64,000 nt of DNA from the human T2T-CHM13v2.0 reference genome, Homo sapiens (GCF_009914755.1 NC_060930.1); one strand, 5' to 3'; positions 1 through 13,496 are shown, counted from the stretch's first letter. Program-made: numbers and translations. The notes: generated by a model from the letters alone, not told the origin.

Positions 1-3000
1 CTTGAAAAATAGCAGTAAGGGAGAAGTGACCTATCACATGCCAGGGATCCTCAAGAAAATTATCAGCAGATTTCTCATCAGAAATCTTGGAATTCAGAAT
101 GTAGTGAGCTGAAAGAAGAAAAAAAAAACTGTCAACCAAGAATCCTATATCTAGCAAATGATTCTTCAAAAATGAGGGAGAAATTAATTTTCCCAGATAA
201 ATAAAAGCAGAGGAGTTCATTATCATTGGACCTGCCCTGCAAGAAATGTAGGAGGAATTCCTTCAGGTTGACATGAAAAGATGCTAGACAGTAACTCAAA
301 ACCATAAGAAGTAAAGATCAGAGTAAAGGTAAGTACATGGGTAATTATAAAAGCTAGCATTATTGTAACTTTATAACTCCACTTTTGTTTTCTACATGAT
401 TTAAGAGATTAATGTATGGAAAATCATTAGTCTATGTTTTGGTACACAAAATGTAACAAATCCAATTTTGTGACACAATAGCTATTGACTATATACAAAA
501 GGAAATTAGAAAGGATTTAAAATGTTTCACTATAAAAACAATAATTAAATTTAAAAGAAGATGATAATACACGAAATGAGGGACAAAAATCTAAAAGGCA
601 CATAGAAAACATATGCAAAATAACAGAAGTAAGCCTCTCTTTATCAGTAATTATGTTAGATATAAATGGAATTTATATCTAATTTATACACTTCAATCAA
701 AAAACAGAGTTTGAAAGAACAAATAGGAAAACATGATCGACCATACACTGTCTACAAGAGACAAACTTTAGATCTAAAGACATAAATATGTTGAAAGTGG
801 CAAATATAAATGAAAATATCACATATCAAAACTTATGAGATAGAGTAAAGGCAGTGCTAAGAGGGAAATTTGTAGCTATAAATGCTTATACTAAAAAAAA
901 AAAAAAAAAGACCTCAAATCAACAACTGAATTTTACAACCTAAGAAATTAGAAAAAGAAGAACAAACTAAACCCCAAGCTAGGAGAAGGAAAAAAATAAT
1001 CAAAATTGTAGCAGAGATAATGAAATAAAAAAATACAACAGAGAATATCAATGAAACCAAAAGTTGGTTATTTGGAAATATTAACACAATTGGTGAACCT
1101 TTAGCTAGATTGGGGAAGAAAAGAGAAGACTCAAACTACTAAAATCAAAAATGAAACTGGGAACACATTGCCAATGCTACAGAAATAAAAAGAATCGTTA
1201 AGCGTTTCCTTTGAACAATTATGCACCAACCAACTGTATAATCTAGATGAAATGAACAAATTTCTAGAAACACGACACTTACCAAAACACAAAATTCCAC
1301 CAAACATTTAAAGAAAAATTAACACCAATCCTTCTCAAATTTTTACAAAAATTTTAAGAGGAGAAAACACCATCTAACTCGTTCGATGATACCAGCATTT
1401 CCCTAATACCAAAGTCAAATAAAGACACTACAAGGAAATAAAACTACAAACCAATATATCTAATGAACTTTGATGCAAAAATCCTCAATAAAATTCTAGC
1501 AAACCAAATTCAGCACCATAATAAAAGGATTATATACCATGACCAAGTGGGATTTATTCCTGGAATGCAAGCATGATTCAACATATGGAAATTAATCAAT
1601 GTAATATACTACAGTAACAGCATGAAAGAAAAATAAATACATGATCATCTCAATTGACACAGACAAACTATTTAGTAAAATTCAACACCCTTTTGTGACA
1701 AAAACACTCATCAAACTAGGAATAGAAGTTAACTGCCCCAACATAATAAAAGCCACATACAAAAAACCCACATCCAAATCATATGCAATGGTGAAAGACT
1801 GAAAGCTCTTCCTCTAAGATGAGGAACAGGGCAAGGATGCCTGCTTTTGCCACTTCTGTTTAACATAGCACTGAAAGTCCTGGCGAGAGCAATAAAGTAA
1901 GAAGAAGAAATAAAAGTCATTCAAATTGGAAAAGAAAAAGTAAAATCATTCTGTTGCAGATGATATAATCTTATATGTATACGTAGAAAACCCTAAAGAT
2001 CTCAAACACACACGCACAAGCAAACACCCACAAAAAAACTGTTAGAACTAAAGAATATGAATGCAGTGAAGTATTGGATACAAAATCAACATGCACAAAT
2101 CAGTGGGATCTTTATAAACTACCAATAAACAACCCAAAAAGAAAATTAAGAAAAAAAAATTCATTTTCAATAGCAACAAAAATAACAAAATAATACTTAA
2201 GAATTAATTTTACCAAGACTTTTACAAGGAAAACTACAAAACATTGCTGAAATAAATTAAAGACTTAGGTAAATGAAAAGATATTCTCTATTCATGGATT
2301 GAAAGATTTAATATTATTAAGATGTTAACACTACTCAAAGCAATCTGCAAATTCAATGTAATCCATATCAAATTCGTAAGAACATTTTTTGCAGAAATAG
2401 AAAACTCCATTCTAAAATGTATATGAAATCTCAAGGGACCCCAAATAGGCAAAACAATCTTTAAAAAATAGTTGGAAGATTCACAGTTCCTGTTTTCAAA
2501 ATTTACTACAAAATTACAGTAATCAAAACAGTGTGGTATTGGCATAAAGAGAGACATGTAGACCGATGGAATAGAATAGAAAGCTCAAAATTAATCCTTG
2601 TATACATAGTCAAATGATTTTTGACAACAATGACAAGAGCGTTCAATGTAGAAAAGACAGTCTTTTCAACAAATGGTGCTGGGAAAACTAGATGTCTACA
2701 TACAATAAAGTTGGACCCTTTGCTAACAACGTATCTAAAAATTAACTCAAAATGGATCAAAGAGACAAACATAAGAGCTAAACTTATAAAACTCTTAGAA
2801 GAAAACCCACACAATAGGAGAAAATATTTACAAATCACATATCTGATAAGAAGTTAATATCCAGAATATACAAGTCAAGTCAAAAGTCCTAAAACAAAAA
2901 CAAACAACTTGATTCAAAAATGGGCAAAGAACTTGAATAGACATTTCTACAAAAAAGATGTACAAATGGCCAACAAGCACATGAAAAGATGCTCAACATC

Positions 3001-3466
3001 ACTAATCATTATGGAAATACAAATCAAAATCACAATGAAATACCACTTTACACCCATGAAGATGGTTACTATAAGAAAAACAGAAAATAGCAAGAGTTGA
3101 CAAGGATCTGAAGAAAATGGAAACTTTGTGTACTATTGATAAGAATATAAAATGGCACATCCACTATGAAAAACAGTATGGTAGTTCTTCAAAAAATTAC
3201 AAATAGAATTAGCATGTTATCCAGCAATTCCACTTCTAGGTAAACACCCAAAAGAATTGAAAACAGGGTCTTGAAAAGATATTTTCACACCCATGTTCAT
3301 ATTAGCATTACACAACAGTGAAAAGGTAGAAGCAACCCAAATGTCCACTGAAAGATGCACAAATAAACAAAATATTGTATAAACATGCAATGAAACATTA
3401 TTCAACCTTAAAAAGGAAGGAAATTCTGACATATGCTACAACACAAGTGAACTTTGAGACATTATG
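1..3466 (+). mobile_element. Old LINE-1 (L1MB/L1MA-class): ORF1 3' end, inter-ORF, decayed ORF2 with internal deletions, partial 3' UTR
   Basis: ORF1-like ...CAGATTTCTCATCAGAAA...TGTCAACCAAGAATCCTATATC. ORF2 remnants include the RT region (GACCAAGTGGGATTTATTCCTGGAATGCAAG) and the C-terminal peptide [31 protein letters not shown]. The 3' UTR AAGGAAATTCTGACATATGCTACAAC is typical of L1MB. Many stops and frameshifts. Confidence 0.93.
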
Positions 3467-3589
3467 TTCTACAGATATAAATTTCTATTGTAGGCTGTGA
3501 TGATAGTGGTGATGATGTCACTACTCTCATTACTGTTATGAATACTATCATTAATCTAAGTTGGCATATGAGACTGAAGAGTGGTGAAA

Positions 3590-3832
3590 TGGAAAAGGAT
3601 AAGGAGCAAGACAGATATATATGTGAACCCTGGCTGCTGCACTTATAAACTATGTGGCTAGAAAATTCTACTTTTATTATTTGAGCTTCAATGTTCTCAC
3701 ATATGAAACAGGAAATATAATACATTCCTTACAGAATCATAATAAAGATTAGAAATAATTTGGGTGAAGTGCCTAGCAAAGTGCCCAAAATTGGCACACA
3801 GTAGATGCTCAAAAAAAATCGCTATTATCATT
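3590..3832 (+). mobile_element. MIR SINE
   Basis: Degenerate core (GAGCTTCAATGTTCTCACATATGAAACAGG) and tail (GGCACACAGTAGATGCTCAA...TATTATCATT). Confidence 0.75.
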
Positions 3833-4609
3833 TTAGTAGTAATAGTATAATTATATTGTTGCAAATAAGGAATATTGTTGCAAATACAGTAACACGGTAT
3901 TTGGTACCTAGTAAGTACCCTAGAAATATCAATTCATTATCATCGTCACCACCACTGCCACCGTCACTGTAACACCAAGATACCTTCTTGTTTCCTTCCA
4001 TTTGTTTTTTCACTGTTTTCACTTCCAATTGAGGTGCAACTGCAATCAGTGATCCTAGACAAGATCTTTTAAAGACAAGTTTATCTGTTATCTTTTTTCC
4101 AGATAAACTTATTTTCCATTTTAGCAAAATGTACTTGATCTAGAATAACTAATTTGACCTAAACATGAGGTAATACATCAATAAGTTCAAAATATTAATT
4201 CTCAATGCATTATGGCTTAACTCCTTCAAATATTTAGGAATTCACAAAAAAGAAAATTTAAATTCTTTTTTCTTCAACCAGAAAATATGGGTTTTCTGTA
4301 GTTCATCTTAAGTAATCAATATTTGTCAACACTTCTGTTCCCTCCAGAGGGTAGTAATTAAAATTGAGTAATAAATTACCATTAATGTACATAAATGTAA
4401 ATGTCATATGTATCTTGTAAAATAAACATCTGGTGAAAATTGAGTGAATCTATACATTATAAAATGGAAAGCATTTTTCAGTGTTTCTTCAAAGCCTAAA
4501 TAACTTTTATTTCCTTCCTAAAATTGGGGGCTTTCTGAGTAACATCGTTCTTAGTTTATAATCTTTATATTTTTCCATGGCTCTGCATTTTCCCATCCTT
4601 ACTTCGCTC

Positions 4610-5010
4610 CATATGTCTGAAACACTGTCATTTAAAACAGCAAGCTTACGTTAATTACCAGAGACAAGTGTTAATGGATTTTAATTTTGCTTTATTAGAA
4701 TTTATGCAAATTTCACTGTGTTGAGATTCCAAATAAAATCCTTACAATCACAATTTCTCTCTCTCTCTTTTCTGTTTACTTTGTAGAAGGGAATGGGAAA
4801 AGTTTGCATTAGTATTCAGTGACAGGAACTGTTGACAGCAATATTCTTTAAGGAGAAATAGGTTTTATAAAATTATCTTTAAAACTGTGTGAGTTTGATA
4901 ATTTGTTAATTAGCACTGATGTCTTTTCTCTATAGGTTCAAATATTCAATTACACTTTCTGATCCGGCTGCTTATTTTAACTGTCTTAATGGCTGCTTTT
5001 GTCTTGACCA
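4610..5010. promoter_or_regulatory. Candidate conserved non-coding element / enhancer
   Basis: Unique sequence with TAATTA, octamer ATGCAAAT (4704-4711) and TGACAG (MEIS/TALE) motifs. Conservation is inferred, not seen. Confidence 0.35.
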
Positions 5011-5523
5011 AAATACGTGCATTGTTACACACTTAATAACATTCTTTTCCTTACGCCTAGTACAGCCCATGATATAAGTTTATTGGAAAGTTCTTCTGGT
5101 AACTCAATAAATACTCTGCTAAATGGAAAAGAATATGAGAATTTTAGATGTATTTTTAGCTCTAAATTATTATTTCTGTATTATCCAGGAGACATAAACA
5201 CAACGTTGAGCTTTCTAATATTCAAAATTATTCAAACGTACTTTCTATTTTCATAGCTTTTCTTGAGGTATTAAGTGTGGCTTTATTCTATTCTAAAATT
5301 AAGATAAAGTTTTATACTTTTCTGTAGTTCTATATTTTTCTGTTCTATATACTGTTTTTAGTTCTATATCCTTTTCTGTAGTCCTATATTTTCAGTATTT
5401 TAACGTGCTGAACCTGTTATTTTCACAGTTGGAAAATAATAAAATTATATAAAAATAGATTCTTCTTTGTTGGGAATATCCATTTCAGGTTTGTGTACCT
5501 GATTCTATATCTTTTGTAATCTT

Positions 5524-5660
5524 ATTTTTTAAATTGATGAATAACGATAGTACATATTCATGGGAACAATGTTTCAATACATACAACATATAGTGATCAT
5601 ATCAGGGTAATTAGCATATTCATCAGCTCAAGCATTTATCATTTCTTTGGGTTGGGAGCT
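5524..5660 (-). mobile_element. L1MA 3'-end fragment
   Basis: ATCAGGGTAATTAGCATATTCATCAGCTCAAGCATTTATCATTTCTTTG is the antisense L1MA 3' terminus. Confidence 0.8.
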
Positions 5661-5664
5661 TTTT

Positions 5665-5855
5665 CCAGAGCACTTTCACAGAATTTCTAATTTATAAATT
5701 CTCATAACACAAAAATGAAGCACTATCATCTCAATTTTCCACATTAGGAAACTGAAGCACCAGTTGAGTGTCATCCAAGCTAGTACAACTTATAACTGGC
5801 AAAGGCTGTATTGGAACAGTTTTACCTGACTCTAAGTAGAATGTTCTCTTTTCTA
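5665..5855 (-). mobile_element. MIR SINE
   Basis: Antisense core CTCAATTTTCCACATTAGGAAACTGAAGCAC. Confidence 0.65.
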
Positions 5856-5938
5856 CCCTAGATATCTCAATAAATGAAGTTCAGTCCTGAGGTTACCAAG
5901 ACCTGCTTGCCTGAAGTAACTTCTCAGGTATCTCCATT

Positions 5939-6460
5939 TGGTGATTTTAAAAATATGTCCATCAATTATCTGATACATCTGTCTTCAGGAAGCCTAGTGT
6001 TATTCCCCTGTCCTCGAGAGCAAGCAGGCTGGATTTAGTGACTGGCTTCTAGTAAACATAACACCACTGAAATGAAGGTGTGTCATTTCCAAGATTAGGT
6101 TTTGAAAAGACTGTGGCTTCTGTCTTGGGGACTCTTTTGGATACTCACTCAGGGGAAACCAACTGCTTTGTTTTGAGGACACTCAGGCAGCCTTGTGGAG
6201 AGGTAGTTTTGGCATGGAACTGAAGCCTCCAGCCAAGAGCCAAGGGCACAAGCCTTCTCTCAAGGTCCAGTCAAACCTTCAAACGGTGCAGCCTCAGACA
6301 ATGAACTGACTACAACCTCAAGAGAGGCCAGGAGCCAGAAGCACCCAACTAAGCCACTCCCAAACTCCCGATCCTCTAAAACTGTAAGATAATAGAGGCT
6401 TGTTGTTTTAGGCCACCATGTTTGGGGTAATTTGTCATCCAGTCATTGATAACTAACACA
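5939..6460 (+). mobile_element. MaLR solo LTR, MLT1F-type
   Basis: Starts TGGTGATTTTAAAAATATGTCC and ends TTTGGGGTAATTTGTCA...GATAACTAACACA, with the typical MLT1F body. Confidence 0.85.
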
Positions 6461-6644
6461 ATGTGCTTGTCCAAACCTGTCATTCTTAGAGACAGGTCAA
6501 TAAATCGGCGAGGAGAAGAGGCTGGGGCCCAGGGGTCCATTAGATATTCTGGCCTCAGATATACAAAAAGAGGCAACAAGTTTTAATATTCAGAAAGCAA
6601 ATGGAGCACTGGATCACAGGACTTCTTGGGGCTCCACATAGCTA

Positions 6645-6880
6645 GCAACACTCATGGTTAACAGCTGGGCCTTGGGATCAGAACCTCCTGCATTAAAAAT
6701 TCAACTCTAATGTTGAGTGTGTAACAAGTACAGATTATTTTGCCTCCCTGTGTCGGTTTCCTTGTGCACAAAATGGAAGTATTTTAGAACTTCACAAATT
6801 TCTTGTAAAGATTAAATGTGAGACTGCATGAAAAGTAGTTCTTAATACACAGTAAAGCCTCAGTAAATAAGAGTTATTTC
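6645..6880 (+). mobile_element. MIR SINE
   Basis: Core CCCTGTGTCGGTTTCCTTGTGCACAAAATGG and tail ACACAGTAAAGCCTCAGTAAAT. Confidence 0.7.
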
Positions 6881-8789
6881 AATTAGTACTAGTAGCAGTA
6901 GAGTTGTAGGAAAGCAGAGAAGGAGTAGAATCAGCTTTGTGAGAGCAATGCTTTGAGCCCTCTCAGGCCCTGGGTCCCACCATATATTGAACTCACCAGA
7001 CCTAGGAGTCCACTGGGTCATATGGGACCCAAAGACTCTATGGCCCTGGGCCATATGGCACCTGGGGATTTCCAGATGCTGATAATCTGGTAGCCAGTGA
7101 AGTCACCCAGCAGGGCATCTGAAGTTGCTTGTCTCACAAAGCATGTGTTTAGAGTTCAGTAGTTGTTCAAATGGTATGGAAACTAGGATGATGTGGGGTT
7201 GGAGCAGGGATAGAAGGGATCCACAAGGTGATAAGGAAATAGGGTGAAAAGAAAAACTCAGGCCAATGACCAAGTGCAAGATGTAGTTGAAGCACAACTG
7301 CACGGCTGCTGCCATTCAGAACGTTAGCCTGTTTCTTAGGACAAAGAGAAAAGCCCCTATTACACAGAGGAGCCTGTAATTCAACTTTCAAGGATGAGTG
7401 TTCCAAGAAAGGGACGTAATGTGTTATTTAACCTTGCCCACAGTATCTGTCCAGACTTTTACCACTCATGCCCTATTAAGTACTCTCTTCCTCTTAAAGA
7501 GGAGATGCAAAGCCCTCTCTAAAATGACAGTGCGTGATCTACAAAGCAGGATTTGGAAATGGCAACAGTGCCCACCATTATAATTAATGCCAGACGTCTT
7601 CAAAGACCTTCTTTCACCTACAAATGAAACTAATTATTAGTCTTTTTCTCTGGGAGTCCTTCACTGTGTGATGCAGGAGCAGCAACAGCTGGGTCATCCC
7701 TTGCAGTTTATTCTCAAAGGCCTTTGAATAAATCTGTTTTGAATTCTATAGCCCACCCTCCCCCACTACCTAAAAGAAATATTCAGGAAATAGAACCTAG
7801 TAAAATGATTTATAGCAGCCTACAGTCTGGTGGGGAACATGCCGGGATTGAGGCAATGAATTCCAGCCCCTCCTTGTCTGTGCCCAGGTGTAAACAAACA
7901 GTGTTAAAAGAACCAGGTACAAACCCCGGTGCTTCATCAAAACTTTAAGGCAAAGATCTAGAAAAAGAAAGAACAGAGCTAACCTTTTAAGAACATATTT
8001 ATAGAGCATCTAAGGAAATAAAAGGATTCAAAAGAATTTTAGGACTGGAATGGATCTTTGAGATTCTCTTAGTTCAACATCATTGTTCAATGTTTCTCCC
8101 ATGCCACGTGCCATCTGCCAACCTCAAGTCAAAGCAGTAAAAACTGAGGCTCCAAGACCTTAAGTGGTTGTCTCTGTGCCAGGCAGACCAGAGGCCAGTT
8201 CCTTTGATGGCTAATCTTATTCTTTTCCTACTCCATTAAATTTTTTAAATTGTGTTTGTTTGTGCCCTTTGGATGGGCAGTGTCCAAAATTAGAATAGTT
8301 CTTTCTTAGACATGGTTCTGCAGGTACTGCTCTTCACCTGGCTTTTCACCTCTGAGCATGAAGATAAGGACTGTCAATGCCATTCAGGCCATCACCATGC
8401 CTAAAGGGTTCTTTGAATGTGCAAATTTATAAATACAAAAAAAATGCATTGAGAAAAACTAAATCTACATCTGGAATATATGCCGGTTACTAGAAAGTTA
8501 ATCCACAATTACAAAGACTCTTCACGGACAGGCAATGTGTTTGAGATTCTTCCATCCTGCAAAAGGTGTAGATTAAGCCCTGAGAAAAGAATGTCAGGAG
8601 GAAAATATCTCTTAATTTGTTCTGATTCCTCCTCCCCCCCTCATCAATTTCCTGTTTGTCCTCTGATTGACTTCTATTTCCCAAAATATCCTTATGCATA
8701 TCTGAAATCTTCCTTGAATAAGAACGAATGTACTATCATCAGATAATTCTCATAGGTTGCAATTGTTGGAAATTTCATTTTTAAACTAC

Positions 8790-8930
8790 ACAGACTTAGG
8801 TATCTCATTGAAATTCTGCTAGCTCTAATCTTAATTCCTAGCTGCATAATTAATGCAATTGCTTGCAAATGTGCTCTGCAAGTGCCCTGTGATATAATGT
8901 CTTCTGCGTTGCTTGCACTAAGAGAGATTT
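8790..8930. promoter_or_regulatory. Candidate enhancer with a POU4F/Brn3-type site TGCATAATTAATGCA (8843-8857)
   Basis: Near-palindromic match to the POU4F consensus ATGCATAATTAATGAG in unique sequence, with more TAAT motifs nearby. Confidence 0.45.
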
Positions 8931-9560
8931 TATAAACCTTCCTTGCTTTCAACAAGAAAAAAAAAATGCCTGAGTTGAGTGGTGCCCAGGGGAAAAAAAA
9001 AATCACTCTTTCTCCTTCAGAAACCTTTTTTGTTAGTTTCTGCCTTTTGGTTTATTATTAAAACTCTACCTGCACCCTGCAACTAGGCAGTATTGGCTTT
9101 TAAAAATGTGTTTTCCTGTTGGCATCCTTGCCTGACTATTCAGTCCTTGCTATATTCTTTGTAGTTACTCATGAAGGAATGTCTGTTACTTACTCCAAAC
9201 TCCACGCTCCTAAATTCCAGACACCCAAGAGCAAAAATAGAATCGAAGAAGATGAAGCAAAACAAGGAGAAATAAATGACAAGAGAAAAATAAGAATGAG
9301 AACGTACCCAAGGGCAGGGTTCTTTCCAGACTTGTCTCTTCCCCCTGCTACAGCCAAGGCCACGATAAACAGAGTAGGGAAGAGGACACAGACCAAATGG
9401 GATTCTGGGTGAGACGAAGATGATCTGGGAAAAAAGAATGACAGATCTTTCATTGCAAAGATGTTAGCACTCATCTTAAGAGATGAGGGATTTCGTAGGA
9501 ATAGGGCTTGCCACCCAAATTCTGGTAACTTTCATCCTATATTTGTAATACCTTCTAAAA

Positions 9561-9751
9561 GAGTGATTCCTAAATTTAAGGATATTGTAAGAATCACCTG
9601 GGGAGCTGGTTAAATATTCAGATTCCAAGCTCCTCCCCAGAGATACTGATCCAACAAGTCTCTGGTGAGGTTCAGGAGCCTGGATTTCTAACAAGCGCCT
9701 GTGTGATGATTCTGATTTAGGTAATCCCAGGATTACAGTTTAAAAACTATG
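9561..9751. mobile_element. MER5A/B (hAT-Charlie MITE)
   Basis: AGAATCACCTGGGGAGCTGGTTAAA...GATTTCTAACAAGC...GATGATTCTGAT, with the family's internal inverted symmetry. Confidence 0.8.
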
Positions 9752-10204
9752 TTTTGCAATAAAACTGCCCATTTTTGGAAAGAAAGGGAAAAAAAAAGCA
9801 CGAAAGATAAAAGGAAAAAGTTACTTGTTAAAAGGACTTTTCTTTTCTTCCCCCAAACCTGAAGTTCTTAAAAATATATGTAAAAACCCAAAATGTGTTA
9901 AAATTCAGATAAACATGAACTAAGCACTGTACACCTTAAAAATCTATTTTAATAGAATCTGTGCAGATCATTTAACTTATAAAAAGAATGTAAGAGATCA
10001 GAAAGTCCATTTTTATAAAATATTACTTTATTATGCTGTTTACAATTTTTTTTAAAGAGTATACATATTTTCCTAAAAAAAAAGTCATACTATCAAATAC
10101 TTCTTTTTACCCTTTCCATGAAACAATTCACAGCCAAATACATTTAGCACATTAGAACTTTGATCTCCAATTTCAACTAACCAGTAGGGTAATAGTTACA
10201 TTTG

Positions 10205-10227
10205 AGGTCACAGTGAGGTCTTGACCT
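10205..10227 (+). promoter_or_regulatory. Triple nuclear-receptor half-site (DR5 plus IR0)
   Basis: AGGTCA-cagtg-AGGTCT-TGACCT. Confidence 0.35.
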
Positions 10228-11249
10228 CTCTTAAGGCTTTTTTTCTTCAAGGAAACTTCCACTCTCATCATCAATTTTGAAATAACTCACTAGTTGCCCA
10301 AGTTTTAATACCTTACATTGGAGCAAATAAATCTGAGCTTGAGCTAGCAACATTCACTAAAGTATTACTTTACCACTCAGTTTCCTATTAGAGTCTGGAC
10401 TGGAAAAATCACCCATATTTTTTTTAACAACTTCTGTAAAAGTGGTTAAATTCTTGAGCAGCAAAGGCAACCACATATATTTCCACCACATAAGATTTTC
10501 TATTTATGTTTTATATGTGTACAAAAGTAAATAGTCATTTAACATTGTATCATAGTATCTTTCTCAAAAAGTTGCACTATTCCTTTTGTAAAATAGTCCA
10601 TCATCAACTTATTCTGATGTAAAAACTAACCTTACATTCAAAGCCTACGATAGTATATTTAAAGCTGAAATTATATATTGTAAGTTAAAAAAATCCCATT
10701 CAAAAATGTTTTCTACACTCAAACGCTCTTGTTTTTTGTTTTCTTTGGAAAGGTTGGGTGAGAATTGGCACGTAAAAATTTTGCTGCCTGATTTCCCCAT
10801 CACTTATTACAGCTGGCAGAAAGTTCATAAAAGAATAGAGATAACTGTCAAAGCACATTAGCAGTTGCAAAGAAAGAGACAAAAGAAGAATGCCACCATT
10901 ATTATTTATAGTTGTTCACTGGGGTGAGTTGAGTTTTACTTTTTCCTACCTGAAAAGTGGAGAAAATATGTCATCACTACATATTGCACTTATAACCCCA
11001 TACTGCTGGGTTGTAATTCAGCCAACATCCAGGATCGTTTTAATGTGTTTATCTCCAATAAAAGTAAGCACTGTGGATACCAAATTAAAAATCCTCTGGG
11101 GTTGTTCATTGCCTATAGCATTCTAAAAGTAAATATATCTCAGTTAAAAAATGGAATTTTAAAAAGTAGTTCTTGGAATCAGAAGACCTACATTTGAGTA
11201 TGGTTGAATGATATTAAGCCATGTAATGTGGAGAGGATAAAATGGTGAG

Positions 11250-12200
11250 TGCAAATGCAAGGTCCTCACCATCACAACACTGATCTACTGTAGAAAGCAG
11301 ATCTTAATCAAATTTTCACCAAAAAAATAGTGTAAATGTTAACTGTACACAGTAAACTAAGATTTGTGTATGAGAATTCGGTATAGGATAAACTAATTTA
11401 GAGGGTCAGAGAAGACAACTAAAAAAGTGATCTGGAAGTTGAGCTTTAAAGGGTGAGTAGGAGTTAACCATAAATAGTTAACCAAGGGAGAGTCTGGGAG
11501 GAGAAGCAGGGGGAATCCCATGGGTGGGGACAAAGTATCTGTGGAAACCAAGTCCAACAGGAGCATAGAGTGTCCAAGAGAAAGTTCGTGTGGCTGGAGT
11601 ACACACAGCTAACACAAAATGAATTTGGGGCCAGTAGGCAGGGCACACAGGACCTTGCATATTGTATTCAGGATTCTAGTCATTATCTTAGAACTGGGGA
11701 GTCATTGAAAGGTTTTGTGTGGGTGAATGTGTGTATGTGTGTGTGTGCTTGTGTGTACACTCTGACAACACAGGCTCTGGAGGAAGGATCATGCATGATC
11801 GTATTTATACTTCAACTCAGTCACTCTAGCTGGGATATGGAGAAGACATTAAAAATTGAAATGGAAATCAAGCTACCTATGGAGACTGGATAGAAAGCTA
11901 ATGCCTTGATCTAGGGAAGAGGTGATGAAAAAATGGCCCAAGATAATTACCAGGAAGCAAGTCAGGAATGAAACTCTGTCCACTGTCCCTATGGGCCATC
12001 CATTCAGTTCTCAGCCAAAGATCCAGTTTGAGGGGGAAAAGATAGGTCCTGTTGATTTTGAGCTGCCTTTGAGAAAACCAAGTAGACATAAGAGTAGACA
12101 ACTGGCTAATATAGTTTAGAGCCCCCAGGGTACACCAAGGCTAAAATTATTTGAGTTGTGAGGATGTTCTAAAGGAAATATAGGATTTTCCTATATGGAG
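11250..12200 (-). mobile_element. L2 LINE fragments
   Basis: Antisense L2 signatures GGGTCAGAGAAGAC...GTTGAGCTTTAAAGGGTGAGTAGGAGTTAACC and GTTGATTTTGAGCTGCCTTTGAGAAAACCAAGT. Confidence 0.75.
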
Positions 12201-12659
12201 ACTAAGGGACATTCCAGAAAGAACACTTGTAATCACACTAAAACAAGAACACGTAGAGTCTGTTCTTTCATTAACCATGAATGCAAAGTATTTTCTTTTA
12301 TAACACAATTTAATCAAGACTTTTAAAAAATTAAGCCCTAAAAGGCATTAATCCATTATTTCTGGATTATTTCTCTTTCCTTCATCTAATGGAATGGTAA
12401 TTTTAGAGTAGACTCACGTAATACATGAAGTAACCTCATAATAAAGGGTGAATTCCTACATCCCATGAAATTTACAACTTCTCTTTTCTTATCATCACAA
12501 CTTATCCAAAACTTTATAGAATTTAAAATCCCTTCTAAGCTTCTCAACTATTTCTACAATTTGTTAAAATATCTGGTAGATTTTTGCCTTTGATTTTTTT
12601 TCCTCAAACCCGTTGTCACCAAACACCATAATTTGGGCATCCATAATTCACTATTAATA

Positions 12660-12910
12660 ACAAAAAACAAAATGTGCAAGTGAGTTAATTCTTTATGAAA
12701 TTAGCTTATATGCAAATTATTCTTTTAATTAAGGTCAGTCTCATTGATTGCATTCAAATACACTTTCTGGAGAGGAAGAGAAATCTGTGGAATTGCAGTC
12801 AACGTGCAGGGATTTGCAGGGGGAAATAACAAAGCTTATCTGCATCACCAACCACAGGGTGTCAGATACGTTAATGTCATCTTTCACATGTGCTGCGTTC
12901 GAAGAAATTG
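12660..12910. promoter_or_regulatory. Candidate conserved non-coding element / enhancer
   Basis: Unique sequence with octamer ATGCAAAT (12710-12717), TTAATTAA, AAGGTCA, TGATTG and TGTCA motifs. Confidence 0.4.
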
Positions 12911-13496
12911 AGAACTACTGCTCTAAACATCAAAATTTTGAAACCCCAAATAAAATATATGAACAATAATACATTCATTTTTCTTTTTATGCAAGTCAGA
13001 AGAAAAATATTGCAGATGCTTTATTTTATAAGTCATTCCAAATAGTGAAGTAATTATTTTTCAGATACAAAAGAATAAACTTAAAGCAGCATTTACTATA
13101 TATGTATTATATATATATAATTTTTTTTCACTGGGAACAAACTAACAAGTACAGGTAGAATTACCTTCTGTAAATGCTTGCAAAACAAAGCAATTGAAAC
13201 ATTTAATTTTATGTGTTGTGACATGAAAGAGAATGCCATCAACACACATCTATTTAACTGAGCACACAGTGAAATTATACCCAAGAAACTGGCTACTGGT
13301 TTTAGTTTTTCATGTGGGAAAACCTAGAACACAGACTATGTCCTTAATACATTTATTATCATGAGATTATAAAAAACAGTAAGTACTGCAATGAATTATA
13401 AGACATATTTCTTATTCAACTTAAAAAGTTTCCCATAGGACTTTCACAGGATTTCCTTTTTGACATAAAGTTTATATTGGAAGTATAAACTCTTGA

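Noticed and set aside
1729-3432. ORFs in the first 3.4 kb, including an L1 ORF2 C-terminal peptide
   Set aside because: They are fragments or antisense frames of a decayed L1 with many stops, not genes.
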